DNA from: Iphione sp. A-MEVVRFRX5
Taxonomy: Eukaryota
NCBI GenBank assembly: GCA_976226885.1
Contig: OZ320315.1
Location: 53,754,001 to 53,818,000, forward strand
Direction: 5' to 3'
DNA: 64,000 nucleotides
Under the pieces are notes generated by a model. The model was not told the DNA's origin. It ran no database searches and was given only the letters and a program-made list of their open reading frames with translations. A program made the translations under genes and the position numbers. This document shows positions 51,442 through 63,166 of this stretch, in pieces. Within the stretch, counting starts at the first letter, position 1. Each line of letters starts with the position of its first letter.

Positions 51442-52069
51442 CTGACATCGATTTAAGGAAAATGATAGAGTGAACCACGAGACAACCAACACCATAAAAA
51501 AAGGATTTAACAGTCTCACTTGGTGAGCGACGTCCTATTAATGGATAGGTCGGGGCATCTGAGATCTTTATCTCTGAGTATCATCGAGCGGATTGGGCAA
51601 TCATTCAAAGTCGGATGGAACAAGAGGTTTCAAGGAAACGGAAAGCTCAGCAAGAAAGTAAAACCAAAAGACAGCGATAACTGGTGGCAGGATGGGAGTG
51701 ATACTGCTCCGAGCTTCTCTATTAGGAATTCACCAAACAAGGTCAACGTTACATTTTGTAGGTTCGTAAAGGAGAAAGGGTTTTTTTCGACAACACAAGC
51801 TTGGGTTGTGTCTGGAAAGAGAGGGCTTGTTACGGGAGACTGTCCCTACTGTGCTAGGCAGCTAAGATACTCTGGAAACTTCTGTTTTTTGGGGGAGCAA
51901 TTTCAGGACATTATCCCACGATTGGGTTGATTTCTTTCATTAGATAAGTTCCTCAGTAGATCTACTATTTGGGGTGCATACTCTATCCGAAATTAAATTT
52001 TTGAATGGATTTCGCGGCTACTTACAGGTAGGTCCAGTGGGGAGAACATAGTTTAGGTACTACCACTCT

Positions 52070-52860
52070 TTTCAAAAATATTCCTTGGTCTTATTGGCAT
52101 GGTTACTTTTGCCCATATCCACATATAATTCTTGACACAACTTATCGAAACCTTGTTTTGCTCCCTCTCCCGACCCCTTTTGACAGGTAAGAATCTGGTA
52201 TATAGGTCTTCTGGTATACTTACACCACTGCCAGTAGCAGGATCAAAGAGAACTAAGACCTCCAGGGCCTGGTTGTAGGGTGTAGTCTCACAGTATAGCG
52301 GAATGAATTTTAGAAATGACTTACTCTAGCCTACTGAGCAGGTCAGACTACTCTCCATCCGTAAAGAGGGCCTCGGTCACAACGCGAGAGTCAGCCCTTG
52401 CCTGAGAGTAAAAGCCTGCTCTGGGTTAGCAGGGGAGGCTCTGGGCGAGTCTTAGGTAAACAGCAGCCATAACCTGCCTGGGTAGCAGCCGTATATGATC
52501 AAAACCTGATGACAGCTCTTTACTTCACGGAACTGCAACTTTACTAATCATGTCTTTCTAACCCCGCATACAGTTGAGCTCCTCTGACCTACTTACGCTA
52601 AACTCTTTAAATTGGTCTTTAGCTCCACTGATTTAATCAGACTGCCTAGTATGGTACAGAAAGAGAGCAACAGATAAGAGGAACAGTGTGTTGACATCAT
52701 TTTGAACCTTGACACACTCGGTAGCACTTGAAGAGAGAGGACTGTAGTAAGCGTCTTTTCAATATCATTTTGAACCTTACTCAGTGGTGGCTACAGTACC
52801 TCCTGTTAAAAAGTCAGCAAGAAGAGAATTCTCGGTGCTGAATGATGGGAAAGTTGACAG
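52070..52860 (-). pseudogene. Decayed protein-coding remnant of unknown (probably transposon) origin in NEPRO intron 4
   Basis: One frame reads as protein with scattered stops for about 260 codons (AKDQFKEF, FDHIRLLPRQVMAAVYL, VTEALFTDGE, GFDKLCQELYVDMG). An internal duplication encodes KVQND twice. Confidence 0.3.
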
Positions 52861-53130
52861 ATGCCGTCAAGGACACTGTGTCACTGTGTATTACTGTGTG
52901 TGACAGTAGATCACAACATGTCACTGCATGCCATGGATGTCACAGTGTATCAAAGTGTGTAACAGCAGGTCATTGTATATCACGGTGTATCAGAGTGTTG
53001 AACCAGTATGTCACTGTTACAGTGTTACTGTGTCATTGTGTATCATGGTGTGTCACTGTGTCACTATGTGTCATGTTGTGCCCTATGTATTACTGTCACC
53101 ACTGCAGACTGCTGCAGTGCAGTGCAGTGT
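52860..53130. repeat. Low-complexity TGTCAC/TGTG repeat
   Basis: Many degenerate gtgtcactgt units. Confidence 0.7.
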
Positions 53131-53879
53131 GGTAGTTACGTGGTTCACATCTATTTCTAACCAAAAGCACAAAATATTCCCTCTCATAGACGCAATGTCC
53201 AAAGCTGCTGATGAAATTTTCAATCTCACATGGTACATTCACCGCTGCTTCAATCCATCAATCCATCAATCCATCAATACACGCATTTGATTACATGACT
53301 TGCCCTATTAATTGCTTTTCCGTCCTCCTAATTCGCTTGTGTGTTGGGCCATATAACCAGCATGTCAACCTCCAAAGTGATAGGTCATAACATAGTGCCA
53401 CAGAACTGGTCAATGAGAAGTACTTTAACAAGTGGTGCAGAGTGAAACCAAGATGATAACATTCTGGGCAGGAAGGCAAAACAAATGCTATTTGAGCGAA
53501 AAGGTGTGTGCAATCCAACTGTGGTAGACTGAGTATCACGCTAGAGTGACCTGTCCAGGTCCATAAAGACTTCTTTATTTTGTGAATAAATGTCAGATTT
53601 TCTCTGCATTATATATTCGGCTGCGCCAGTGAAAAAAAAGAAATTGACAAACTCACACGCTGACAGTGCGTGAGGCCGTCCCACAGACTCATATCAATAA
53701 AAGCCATCATATCAACACTGAATTTACTAAAGGCTGGATGTCGAATGTTGTCACAACTTATTATCCTGACATATTCTGACCCGAATATGCGACTGTCAAC
53801 TCCTAGACATGTATTTAAAACGTCCGATACTTAGCTTAAACACGTCTTGCTGGAGGATACCCTGTGGTACTGATTTACA

Positions 53880-54162
53880 TAGGTATACCACTGTCAACGA
53901 TGGAGACATGTTACACGAAATCAGTTTGTTGTGGGAAACTTCGGTATCAGAAACCCATTGTATGTGCAGTGATTTTAAGGAGATTTAGGTTAATATCAGT
54001 TTATCATTCACATTTTATCATTCACAATAATAAGTCCGTATTTATCGTTTTGTATGTATTTTTTAGCAAAAGGTGGCCTCACGCCACAAAACCTGTGTAT
54101 TAAGCCAACTTTGTTATAACGAGGTTTCAGTCTCCGAGAATTCGTTAACAGAGGTATACCTG
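53880..54162. mobile_element. Tigger/pogo-like MITE in NEPRO intron 4
   Basis: About 21-bp TIR AGGTATACC(A/T)CTGT(C/T)AACGA, resembling the Tigger-type CAGGCATACCTC terminus. TA at the right end; left TSD degenerate. Confidence 0.6.
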
Positions 54163-54682
54163 TACATACATCTGGTGCCTTATCAACATTGCTGTCTACA
54201 TCCATACGAGTTTAATCCTCTATAAAGGTCTATATCTTCAAGGATGCACCTATTTCACTCTGACAATTGTACGTTATGTTTCATTTCAGGTCATGCACGG
54301 CTAAAACTTTACATTTCCAATTCACCCAGATACAAATATGAATATATTCCCCGTGGCACCCACTATTAACCAGACACCAGAGTGAGGAAAGTAGCAGTCC
54401 AACAACATTCGTGTTGGCTTGCCCTGTTACTCAATCAGTACTTACCTGTGTTGTGCATATCAAAATTAATGTAAATTATCATTGACATCTGTTACATCTA
54501 ATAGATGAATACGTGTGTTCTTTGTAGACATGTATTTTTACCGTGAAGACTTACAGCAAGTTCAGAATAATTTTGATCAATATTAGTTATAGTGCATTTC
54601 TTTCCCTTGTGTTCCCTTGTTGATTCAATCTTCTTCGTTAATCATCTGTTTTCAGTCAACATGAACACTTAAAAGAGGATAC

Positions 54683-54814
54683 GTATGTGTGAGGATGCTG
54701 TGATTGAGTGCCTGCTGGAGAAGGGAGGCCATCCCAATAAGCCGTACCAGGAGGAACTCAAGCATCTGACGAGACGGCAGGTAGACGGTGGCGCCATAGT
54801 GGATATTCAGTGCA
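54683..54814 (-). CDS. NEPRO: NEPRO-like exon 4 (ALNIHYGATVYLPSRQMLEFLLVRLIGMASLLQQALNHSILTH)
   Basis: Acceptor cctcctctttctag|, donor AC|gtatcc, 132 nt, phase 2->2. LPSRQxLExxLxRLxGxAxLL is the core Nepro_N/DUF4477-type signature (human [21 protein letters not shown]). Confidence 0.88.
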
Positions 54815-55041
54815 CTAGAAAGAGGAGGTAACATGAACAGATTTATATATATTCCCCTGGTTCTCACCTGACGTTGAAATGAAATAGCTCAACATTCACC
54901 AAACCTTTTCCTTATTTCCGTCTAAAGTATAAAGTAGCGTACATGAAAATTTATTGAATACATAAGTAATCAATGAATGGGGCATTATGAAATCATAAAA
55001 CACTGCATTCGCTTTCAAATGAGTAAAAAAACTGCACTGAC

Positions 55042-55118
55042 CAGGGCCAACTCTCAAGGAAAGACTTCATCAGTGACAGGGGGGTGATTTCGATTAATCT
55101 CTCCAGGCACTTTTCCAA
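55042..55118 (-). CDS. NEPRO: NEPRO-like exon 3 (LEKCLERLIEITPLSLMKSFLESWP)
   Basis: Acceptor atttcaccgcag|, donor TG|gtcagt, 77 nt, phase 0->2. Resembles human VEQCLKRLKNMNL. Confidence 0.85.
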
Positions 55119-55615
55119 CTGCGGTGAAATATAATGGTTAATTTTCAACAACGGCAGAAAACAAAGAATTTTAAACACACACAATAGCGTAATGAAACGA
55201 TGTAAACCTCAGTTCATTTCACACGAAATTGTGTTGATTTCTTGTGTTTCTCATTTCATGGTCATTTTCTCACACAAAATTGATGATACAGCCTAGCAAA
55301 ACAAACCAACAACTCTAGATATTCAGCAGGATGTTTGTCTAAAGGGTCCAAAATGCTCAAGTAGAATTGTTAGATTGGGAGCTTTCGGAACCTGTCGATT
55401 TATTGGGCAGGCTAATGAAAAAGGAAAGAATCGAGATTTTCGCCTCATCCTGATCTACTCGCAGACCTGGTCAGTCCATCTCTTCACTAACTTGTAATTT
55501 ATCGTGAGACAAATTCAAAAAAAGTTTCCTGCCACCAAAACTGCAAACATAAAACTAAAAAATGAAACAAATATCATTGTGGATAAGACAACAAATTACT
55601 GGGGGTTTTCATTAC

Positions 55616-55770
55616 CTGCTGGAGTCCTTGTCGACATCTTTCATTTTTGAGCGATTTTGTCCTGTTACCGACCATCTTCCTTAGGAGATATATTTCACAA
55701 CCAAGGGCTCTATGAACTGCCGTAGGTTGCGAACTCTCCTCCAAGATACGTCGGGCATCTTTCAGGAGTC
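55616..55770 (-). CDS. NEPRO: NEPRO-like exon 2 (LLKDARRILEE...LGCEIYLLRKMVGNRTKSLKNERCRQGLQQ)
   Basis: Acceptor ttttctgattag|, donor CAG|gtaatg, 155 nt, phase 1->0. Aligns residue-for-residue with the remembered human NEPRO segment [30 protein letters not shown]. Confidence 0.8.
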
Positions 55771-55974
55771 CTAATCAGAAAATACGAATATCATTATTCA
55801 ATAACACCAATTAAAGATTAAAAGATGTCAAATTGAAAGTGAATTCTATTTTTTTTTCTTTTGATCCTTGATGACCCTTTCACTCTGCTTTCCCTTTTCA
55901 TAGTAATTCACTAAATCTTTCAATGTCCATATTACCTAAAACTGATTTGAATATTTACATGGGTCACAACACCA

Positions 55975-56023
55975 AAAGTATAGGCCTGATGAGCTCAGAG
56001 GAGCGAAAACCTGCTCTATCTTT
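55975..56023 (+). ncRNA. Hammerhead-ribozyme-like core (type I minimal, probably degenerate)
   Basis: CTGATGA (55986-92), stem II GCTC/GAGC with AGAG loop, then GAAA (56005-08). Flanks can form a ~10-bp stem I with two bulges. Only ACCT lies where stem III and the UH cleavage site should be. Confidence 0.45.
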
Positions 56024-56295
56024 ACAAATGTTAAATAGAAATTTGATTTAAAAACCATTAATGTGTACAATTCACATTTGGCAACATTTAAGACCACCTT
56101 GGTATAAGTCCAGTGGAGGGCCATGAAGTGATAAGGCATATCAATGGGCAGCAGGCATGACAGCGACATTCCTTTTGTCATAACAGGGTAGCGTTTGGTT
56201 CGTTCTTTTTTTATTTGAAAGCGAATTCTAAGCGATTTTGATTTAGACGTCGTTTTTGTTGAACCATCCTGGTCATCCTTGCATCCATTACTTAC

Positions 56296-56374
56296 TTGGT
56301 GCCCCTTCGTCTAAGGTCACCTCTAGGGTACAAACTGGCGGTGGAATAAGACGGCGCTCTTGCCACTGCCACAT
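56296..56374 (-). CDS. NEPRO: NEPRO/RMP64-like, coding exon 1 (MWQWQERRLIPPPVCTLEVTLDEGAP)
   Basis: The ATG at 56374 has an in-frame TAG upstream. Donor A|gtaagt (phase 1) matches the next exon. An acceptor at 56407/56406 (ctcctcgtcacag|) implies a further upstream non-coding exon. Confidence 0.75.
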
Positions 56375-58270
56375 TGCGAGTGTAGGCTCGTACCGCTGCT
56401 AGTAACCTGTGACGAGGAGAATAAACCAGTTGATAACCTGTATGGGTATTGTTACCAAAGTGTAGCAGTAAAATTCCTGAAACATCGCCCTTTGTTTCAG
56501 TTTTTGTTCATTCCAACAAGATCAATGCATTACGAAAAATAATGTATTTATGAGGCCGCCTCAGAGATACTAGTCAGATAAGATCTTAGTTCCTGAATAC
56601 ACTATGTCTTGGGAGAGAAAACAATGCGGGCTGTTGTCTGTATAAGACATTAGTCTATAGTACTGATATTTTCTTAATCACATCAAGTCAAATTTGCACG
56701 GTATCAAAAAGTTACCATGGTGGTAGTCATTTTACTCTTTTTCAATGATTGACTGTAGCTCCACCTATGTCAAAAGTGTGGCTTCCCGACCATGTCATTT
56801 GAGGCAGTCCGCTCTCCTTTTGTCAGATAACACAATAAACTGTGTTTTGACTACAAACAAACATGGTGGTTATTTTTTTTTATGACGTATGTTCATTTCT
56901 GGAAAGGAATGGGCCATAATGGCCCTATAGATCCAGATACATCTCAAGTTTGATCCCAACTAAGGATACTTCATACAATACAATGACTTGCACAGTGGGA
57001 TGAGGAAGATATTGCAGTAGATAAGTGTGGGTGATAATAAGAAATACCTGATGATATATAGGATATAGCATAATCATTTAACTATGGAGTAATGGTGACA
57101 ACGTTTCACTCTTCTGTGACAAAAAAGGCAGATTTGAATAAGAGGAGGTTTAACCGCTATCATCTCTAGTTTTAATCCAAGTAAGTTATTCATTTATAAA
57201 TACAATATAAAATGTAATATTTCCACATCTACAGTCAGTTTGATTTCATATGGAACTTTAGCTTGGGGGAAGCTGTTTCTCGGCTTCTTTTTCAAGTAGC
57301 ACTGACAGTGCCACCTAAAAAGCATGAAAGAATGCGCAAGGCTCCAGTTGTAGTTTGGATCAGAGTCTTGGTCATAGAGCCAGGAATCAGGAATGATCCC
57401 AGAGAATTTATTCAATCCTTATATACAGTGCAAGAAGACATGAAGTAATGTGTGACATCATCATGACATCACTGCTCAAAAAAAAAACTAACAAGATCAT
57501 GTCTGAGGCTGGAGAGCACACATTGTATACACAAAGGAGAAATAAACTGATCCACATAATGGAGTAAAGTTGTTTGTAAGAGGACAGTGATTATACTAAC
57601 TTAACAGATTATAGAATAATTGATATAAAAGTACTACTGTCAATGAAAATAACTGAATAACAGTCCAATAGCAAATATTGGATAAGGAAAACCCTTCCCC
57701 CACTTAATAGATCTATAGTCTAAACGCCCTAGGGTCCCCCTCCTACCAGGATGTGGTTACTCCTCTGATAACCAAGACAAAACAAAGGTATTCAATGTAA
57801 AAATCGAAGTATTGCACCAGTAATCAGCTGGGAACCAAAACAAAGACAGGCAAATGTAAACAAAGCATTTTAGAAGGCTTTTATCAACTCCAAAATTCAC
57901 AACATGTACAATGTACCTTCTTATACACATGATTCCATTTGTTGAGAAAACTACTGAACCAACATAATTCTTATATTTTCCACATCGTTTGGAAATAAAA
58001 TCGTGTCCACATATAAGACTGTAGTCTAAGGACAATGCTTGGCTTGAACTGATGAAAAAATCTAGTTGGCACCCGCATAAGAGACCAAGCTTGGGACTGA
58101 CGAATGGGCCCTTCACCTCACGCTAGATGTCGCAGCAAGAGGTTTCCTACATTCACCCTGCCTCAACCTTCATGTGACAGTCTGTGTTACAATGTACACT
58201 TACGAACAGTAGTTAGTCATAATGGGTAGAGAGACTGTCTGTGATAAACCCTACTTGAACTGGCAGGCTC

Positions 58271-58273
<3 letters not shown>

Positions 58274-58308
<35 letters not shown>
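58274..58308. repeat. (TA)n microsatellite
   Basis: Direct reading. Confidence 0.95.
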
Positions 58309-58312
<4 letters not shown>

Positions 58313-58718
58313 GTTCTGCAGTTCAGAAAACATTGCACATGTTATTTTGATGGGCCCCTAGCCCAGAAAAAGGACAAGGTACCTCCCAAACATTTATAGG
58401 TGACTGTGGATGGAAGGTGCATGAAACATTCCCTTCTGATGAACCAACGGGTGAGGGAAAGGAGTGAGTGGTCATGAGGGAAGTTCTGGCCAATGTCTGG
58501 AAGAAGTTTGAAGACTATGTCAGGCTTTCATTGAAGGGTGCCAATTGTGTCCATGTGTGTTGCTGGCTGTTGCTGTCCATTTGCTGTCTGTTGATCATTA
58601 ATGGTCCCTGACTGATAGTTTAATGCACAGGGACCTAAGATGGACAGTAGTATACTAGAGGTAGTCTTTGAATAAGGTGAAATAACATAAAAACCATGTC
58701 AAAAGACATGAAAAACCA

Positions 58719-58955
58719 TCCTTTAATTAGTAAAATTCACTGGTATTTGCCACTATTCTCATCAAAATTGTCCTTTAATTAGTGAAATTCACTGGTTTTT
58801 GCCACTCTTCCCATCAAAATTGTCCATTAACTAGTGAAATCCACTGGTTTTTGCCATGATTCCTGTCAAATCTGTCCTTCTTATCCTTTAACTAGTGAAG
58901 TTTACTAGTTTTTGCCACTATACTGATCAAATCTGTCCTTTAACTAGTGAAATTC
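58719..58955. repeat. 52-bp minisatellite, about 4.4 copies
   Basis: Units start at 58719, 58771, 58823, 58884 (after a 9-bp insertion) and 58936. Consensus TCCTTTAAYTAGTGAAATTCACTGGTTTTTGCCACT...ATCAAAATTG. Confidence 0.9.
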
Positions 58956-59565
58956 TTCTTTTATCCATAATTTTCCTGCAGTAATAATGCAACCTCAATA
59001 GGCACCCCTATCCGTGAGGTTGTGTAAAGGAAAAGCGCATGTTAACACACATGGATGGCAAATGCAGCCTCACAGACCCCAATGCATGTAAGGAAACTGG
59101 GCCTAAGAGAGAGGACATGGTGACTAGCTGACAGGACATGGTGACCACAGGACATTCTGACCAGTGGACATGGTGACTAAGATTCCTTAAAGGGTCTTTA
59201 TTGTTTATATTCTTGGTCTTTCCCCTGGTTTGGTCTCTTCTTGTGATCTGGTCTTTAACCAGGTCTCTAGTGCAGCTTAGTAACCAAGCATTGGGACATA
59301 CAGGCACGCAGACAAGAGGGATTCTAGCAGTCGCAATTTCGGGTCATGTTTCTTTGGTGTAGGAGGTGCAAACAACTTGTCAAAACCTTGGTTACAGAAA
59401 AAGATGGAATTGTCTTCCTTCCTTTCTGTCTGTGTCTAAGTTATTTTCCAGGAGTAATGATTTTCATAGACTGTCTTATATATGTTTTTTATGAGATTTT
59501 ACAAAGTGAGTCATAATAGGCTAGTTTAAAAACTCACCAGTACTACATGAAATATTTCTTGGGTA

Positions 59566-59802
59566 TACTGCACTTTACTGGTACGTCAACGCCATCTTGG
59601 ATTTTTCTAATCTTGACGTAGATATAGCTAACCCTAACCCTTTTTTGATACAAATGCCCACACTAACCCTAATTTTAATATTCTTCCTGTAAATTTTAGG
59701 GGTTCCCCCCAACCCCCCTTTTGTTGCTTTTTTGTAAAATTGTTTTGGTACGTCATAACTGAAAAATCCAAGATGGCATCAGCGTAATGGTAAACTGCAG
59801 TC
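59566..59802. mobile_element. MITE with 41-bp imperfect TIRs between NEPRO and ZFPL1
   Basis: TIRs share GCCATCTTGGATTTTT exactly plus ACTGCA/TTTAC blocks. Flanked by TA on both sides; internal TAACCCTAACCC. Confidence 0.6.
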
Positions 59803-60446
59803 TAGCCTATTTCTTTTACATACGAATGCAAATGGGAATTCATAGTTAGCATGTAATTCTATAATGCTGTGCATTATCAGCCCTGGCCCTTAAAACTAAA
59901 CTGCTTTGTATTGTTGCCAGGGGTTGTTTGTGGGTTTCAGAAAAAGAAGCATGGTTGCCAGGCTAGCATACTAGCGCCACCTATAAAAGTTTTAACTGGT
60001 GCGACCATGTCAATAAAGGCGAAAGAAGAAAGAGAGACGGACAGAGACCAGTGCAGTTAGGCGAGGTTAATACATAGTGCCCCTAATATCGCCCATAAGT
60101 TGCATCTGAAGAAACCACAACTGTTAATCAAATGAATCTACCTTAATATTTACTGGAAAAGGGCTAATAACGTTAGGTTCTCCATAAACAATCGATTACC
60201 TCAAAAGGAAGATGTTATCCTCCTGTTACTTGATACAAAGTCTCCCAAAATAAACAACGCATGCACCTCACATGGGTGCAGCCATCTTTTGTGTTTATCC
60301 TCGTGAACTCTCGAAGTAATCTCAAATAGGACAATTTATAATCATGGATTCGTTCACTATATAACAAATTTTATACAATAATGAGTATTATTAATAAAAA
60401 AAGTGTTGATTCTGTATCAATTTGTAACACAATATTGGCTTATTAG

Positions 60447-60692
<246 letters not shown>

Positions 60693-60945
60693 TGAAACGC
60701 AAGCATTGTACAAGCTAGTTGTTTGTCGACAGTCAGACTAGTCACTACTTGCTTTTCTTCTGTACTTTGTTTCAGCACTACTATTTATTTCATACTGGGG
60801 TAGGGATGGAACCATATTTCTTCATGGTCTGACGCCAATATTTTCTACGTTGCATCTGTGTATAATGTACAATGTCTAGTTGAAAAGAAAATTGTTGATG
60901 TAGAATGAATGCACAACTGTCAGCTTATTGGGAAGGTAACAAATA

Positions 60946-61921
60946 CAGTAAAACCTCACTATTCCGTCACCTCAGCATTCCACTACACTTGCTATTCCAC
61001 ACGATTTCCTGAAGCGGAATTATTTCCTCTGTAATCTAATATGCAAGTCCTGTAGTATCGCAGGCATAAATGCAGGCAGAAAGATGCCCTCGAAATTCTC
61101 ACGGCATCCAGTGAGACAGGTCCCCGGTGTAGAGCTCAGGTGGGGACACCTGCCCTGCCGGGGCCATTAAACAACTTTACTGGACCTATGCTCTATGATG
61201 GGTAAAGGTTATGTATATGATCTGCACCACCATCATGCTCAAACGCATGACAATGCCTGCCTGCTGCTGCTGTTAAGTCATCACCATTTTTGCGCTAACA
61301 CCCCTTTGTAGTTCCCCAGCCTGTGCCACTGTCACCATTCACCCTAAACCCTCCCTGCCATGCCCGCCATCACCATTCTCACGCTAACACCTCTCCCTAG
61401 TCTCCGAGCCTCCATGCCCTGCCTGCTGGGGCAGAGGGGGTACCCATTGTAGGCTACTGACTGTCAGCTACTGGCATTGTTGGCTAAGGACTGCATACCC
61501 TCACCTTCGAACACCTCATAAACCCTTACCATGCTTCCCTCAGATGTTCCAATCTCACACTTTGATTTGTGGCTCCACTCATATCTCATCCATACCCTAT
61601 CCAACTACTAACTTGGCATCTTATTTTGCTACCCTTAGATGTGGTTCTCGCCTTGTTGTGGTGGCACCTCCAAACGCACACAACTTGTCCTGTACACCTA
61701 GTTTTTTTGTTTATTCATGAGGGAGGTATTTCCACCATAGACAATTCTAGATGCAGTAAATATCAATCAATTAGCTGCAGCTAAAAGAGGGAATATAAAC
61801 ATTGTATATATATCAAAGTAAGGTGTGTTTCTTAAGAGGAGTCACTAAAATACAAACCATTCCTTATTACAGGCACATTCACTTGGAACCAATCTCTTTC
61901 GCAATAGCGAGGTTGCACTTG
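60946..61921. mobile_element. Longer copy of the 48918-49387 MITE family, opposite orientation, in ZFPL1 intron
   Basis: Left end (cagtaaaacctcactattccgtcacctcagcattccactac...) aligns over about 70 nt with the reverse complement of 49321-49387. Right end aatagcgaggttgcactt matches the other TIR. Confidence 0.6.
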
Positions 61922-62924
61922 ACATAAACTTGTATATATGTTGGTGATTCCTACGTTAGTCTCCCATCCGATCGCCATTTTGCTGGTATTTGGGTGCAAA
62001 TGTTCAAGTGGCTGTTGGAAAATAGTGCAAACCTCTCTAGCCTATTTGTACTGTGTAGAAAATGGGTAGAGTTAGGTGTATGGTTGGTATGATCCAGTTA
62101 ATATGAGCTATCACGATGGTCAGTGTGAGTCATCAGAATGGTTATTAGGAGCCATGCTTCTTTTTCTGAAGTCCACAGATATTAATGTATTATGGTAGGA
62201 AAGTAATTGGAATGAAGATTTAGGGTAAGCATTAGGGTCAGGGAGAGGGATGTGAAGGACCAGATTGTGGCACCGAAAAAGAATCCAAGATTTAGACTTA
62301 CTCTGAAATGTTCCCTTTCAGTGTGGATAAGTTTCAAGTATACATATGTAGAGTTATTTTTCCATTCTAAAGTTGGATCATATGGAATAATGAGTTGGCT
62401 CGTAACATCCAGGATGGCTCATATTAACTATTGGCGCATATCGACTCGATCGTATCAGCTATAATTCCTCAATCGTTATGGCATGCAGTATGATGGAGAG
62501 GGGCTGATCGTGTAATAGAACTCCTGCTGAACTGTCAGTCATTTCATTACATGATGCGTTACTTAGATTGTATCATAATGTTGAACTTTTTAGCGACCTA
62601 CATGTGTTATTTGCCGACCAAGTTTTGCCAAAGAAATAATACTGTAATGGTTCGTCAGCCGTGATGCACAGGTGTATCCGTGATGTGGCTTTTAAAAAAT
62701 TGTGGTGGGTTGTAAAGTCTGATCACAGCTTAATTGCCATAAGCTAAAAGGGGTGATTAGGTGAAAAAGTATCTGTCCGTCCAACCTGAGAAATCACAAG
62801 GGAGAGATGGGCGTATTGTCATTTGCATGTGCAGAACTCGACAGGTTCTAAGTGATTACTAGTTTTTACTGCACACACTTGTGCACCCCACATCTCTATA
62901 CAGCATTCTAAGTGCTATATAGGG

Positions 62925-63000
62925 TGGAGATAAAGCTTAGTTGGTAAGAGTGCTGACTAGTACTGGTCTACCGATTGAGAGGTCACAGGTTCAATTCTGT
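62925..63000 (+). mobile_element. tRNA-derived SINE head or tRNA pseudogene
   Basis: A-box-like AGCTTAGTTGG and B-box-like GGTTCAATTC at tRNA-like spacing; the acceptor stem does not close. Confidence 0.45.
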
Positions 63001-63095
63001 ATGTTACCCTAGGAGGATATGGAAGAACAGTTAATATGAAAGCTGAATGTATAGTTCCTGGTGAAAGATACAATAAAAATTAAACAAAATGTATT

Positions 63096-63166
63096 CATTA
63101 TCAGTGGAGGTCATATCCACTTATAGTGCTGTTAAATATTGTGGATGATATGACCTCCACTTAATG
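63096..63166. repeat. Long inverted repeat / hairpin
   Basis: cattatcagtggaggtcatatccac ... gtggatgatatgacctccacttaatg with a 20-nt loop. Confidence 0.8.

Noticed and set aside
53291-53720. Alternative candidates for NEPRO exon 5
   Set aside because: Wrong length or phase and poor similarity; the 51364-51441 exon aligns without gaps.
57360-57464. C/D-box snoRNA candidate on the NEPRO strand (ATGATGA...CTGA)
   Set aside because: No terminal stem and no recognisable rRNA-complementary guide.
58719-58955. Possible CRISPR array
   Set aside because: Units are contiguous 52-bp tandem copies with no unique spacers, there are no cas genes, and the context is eukaryotic.
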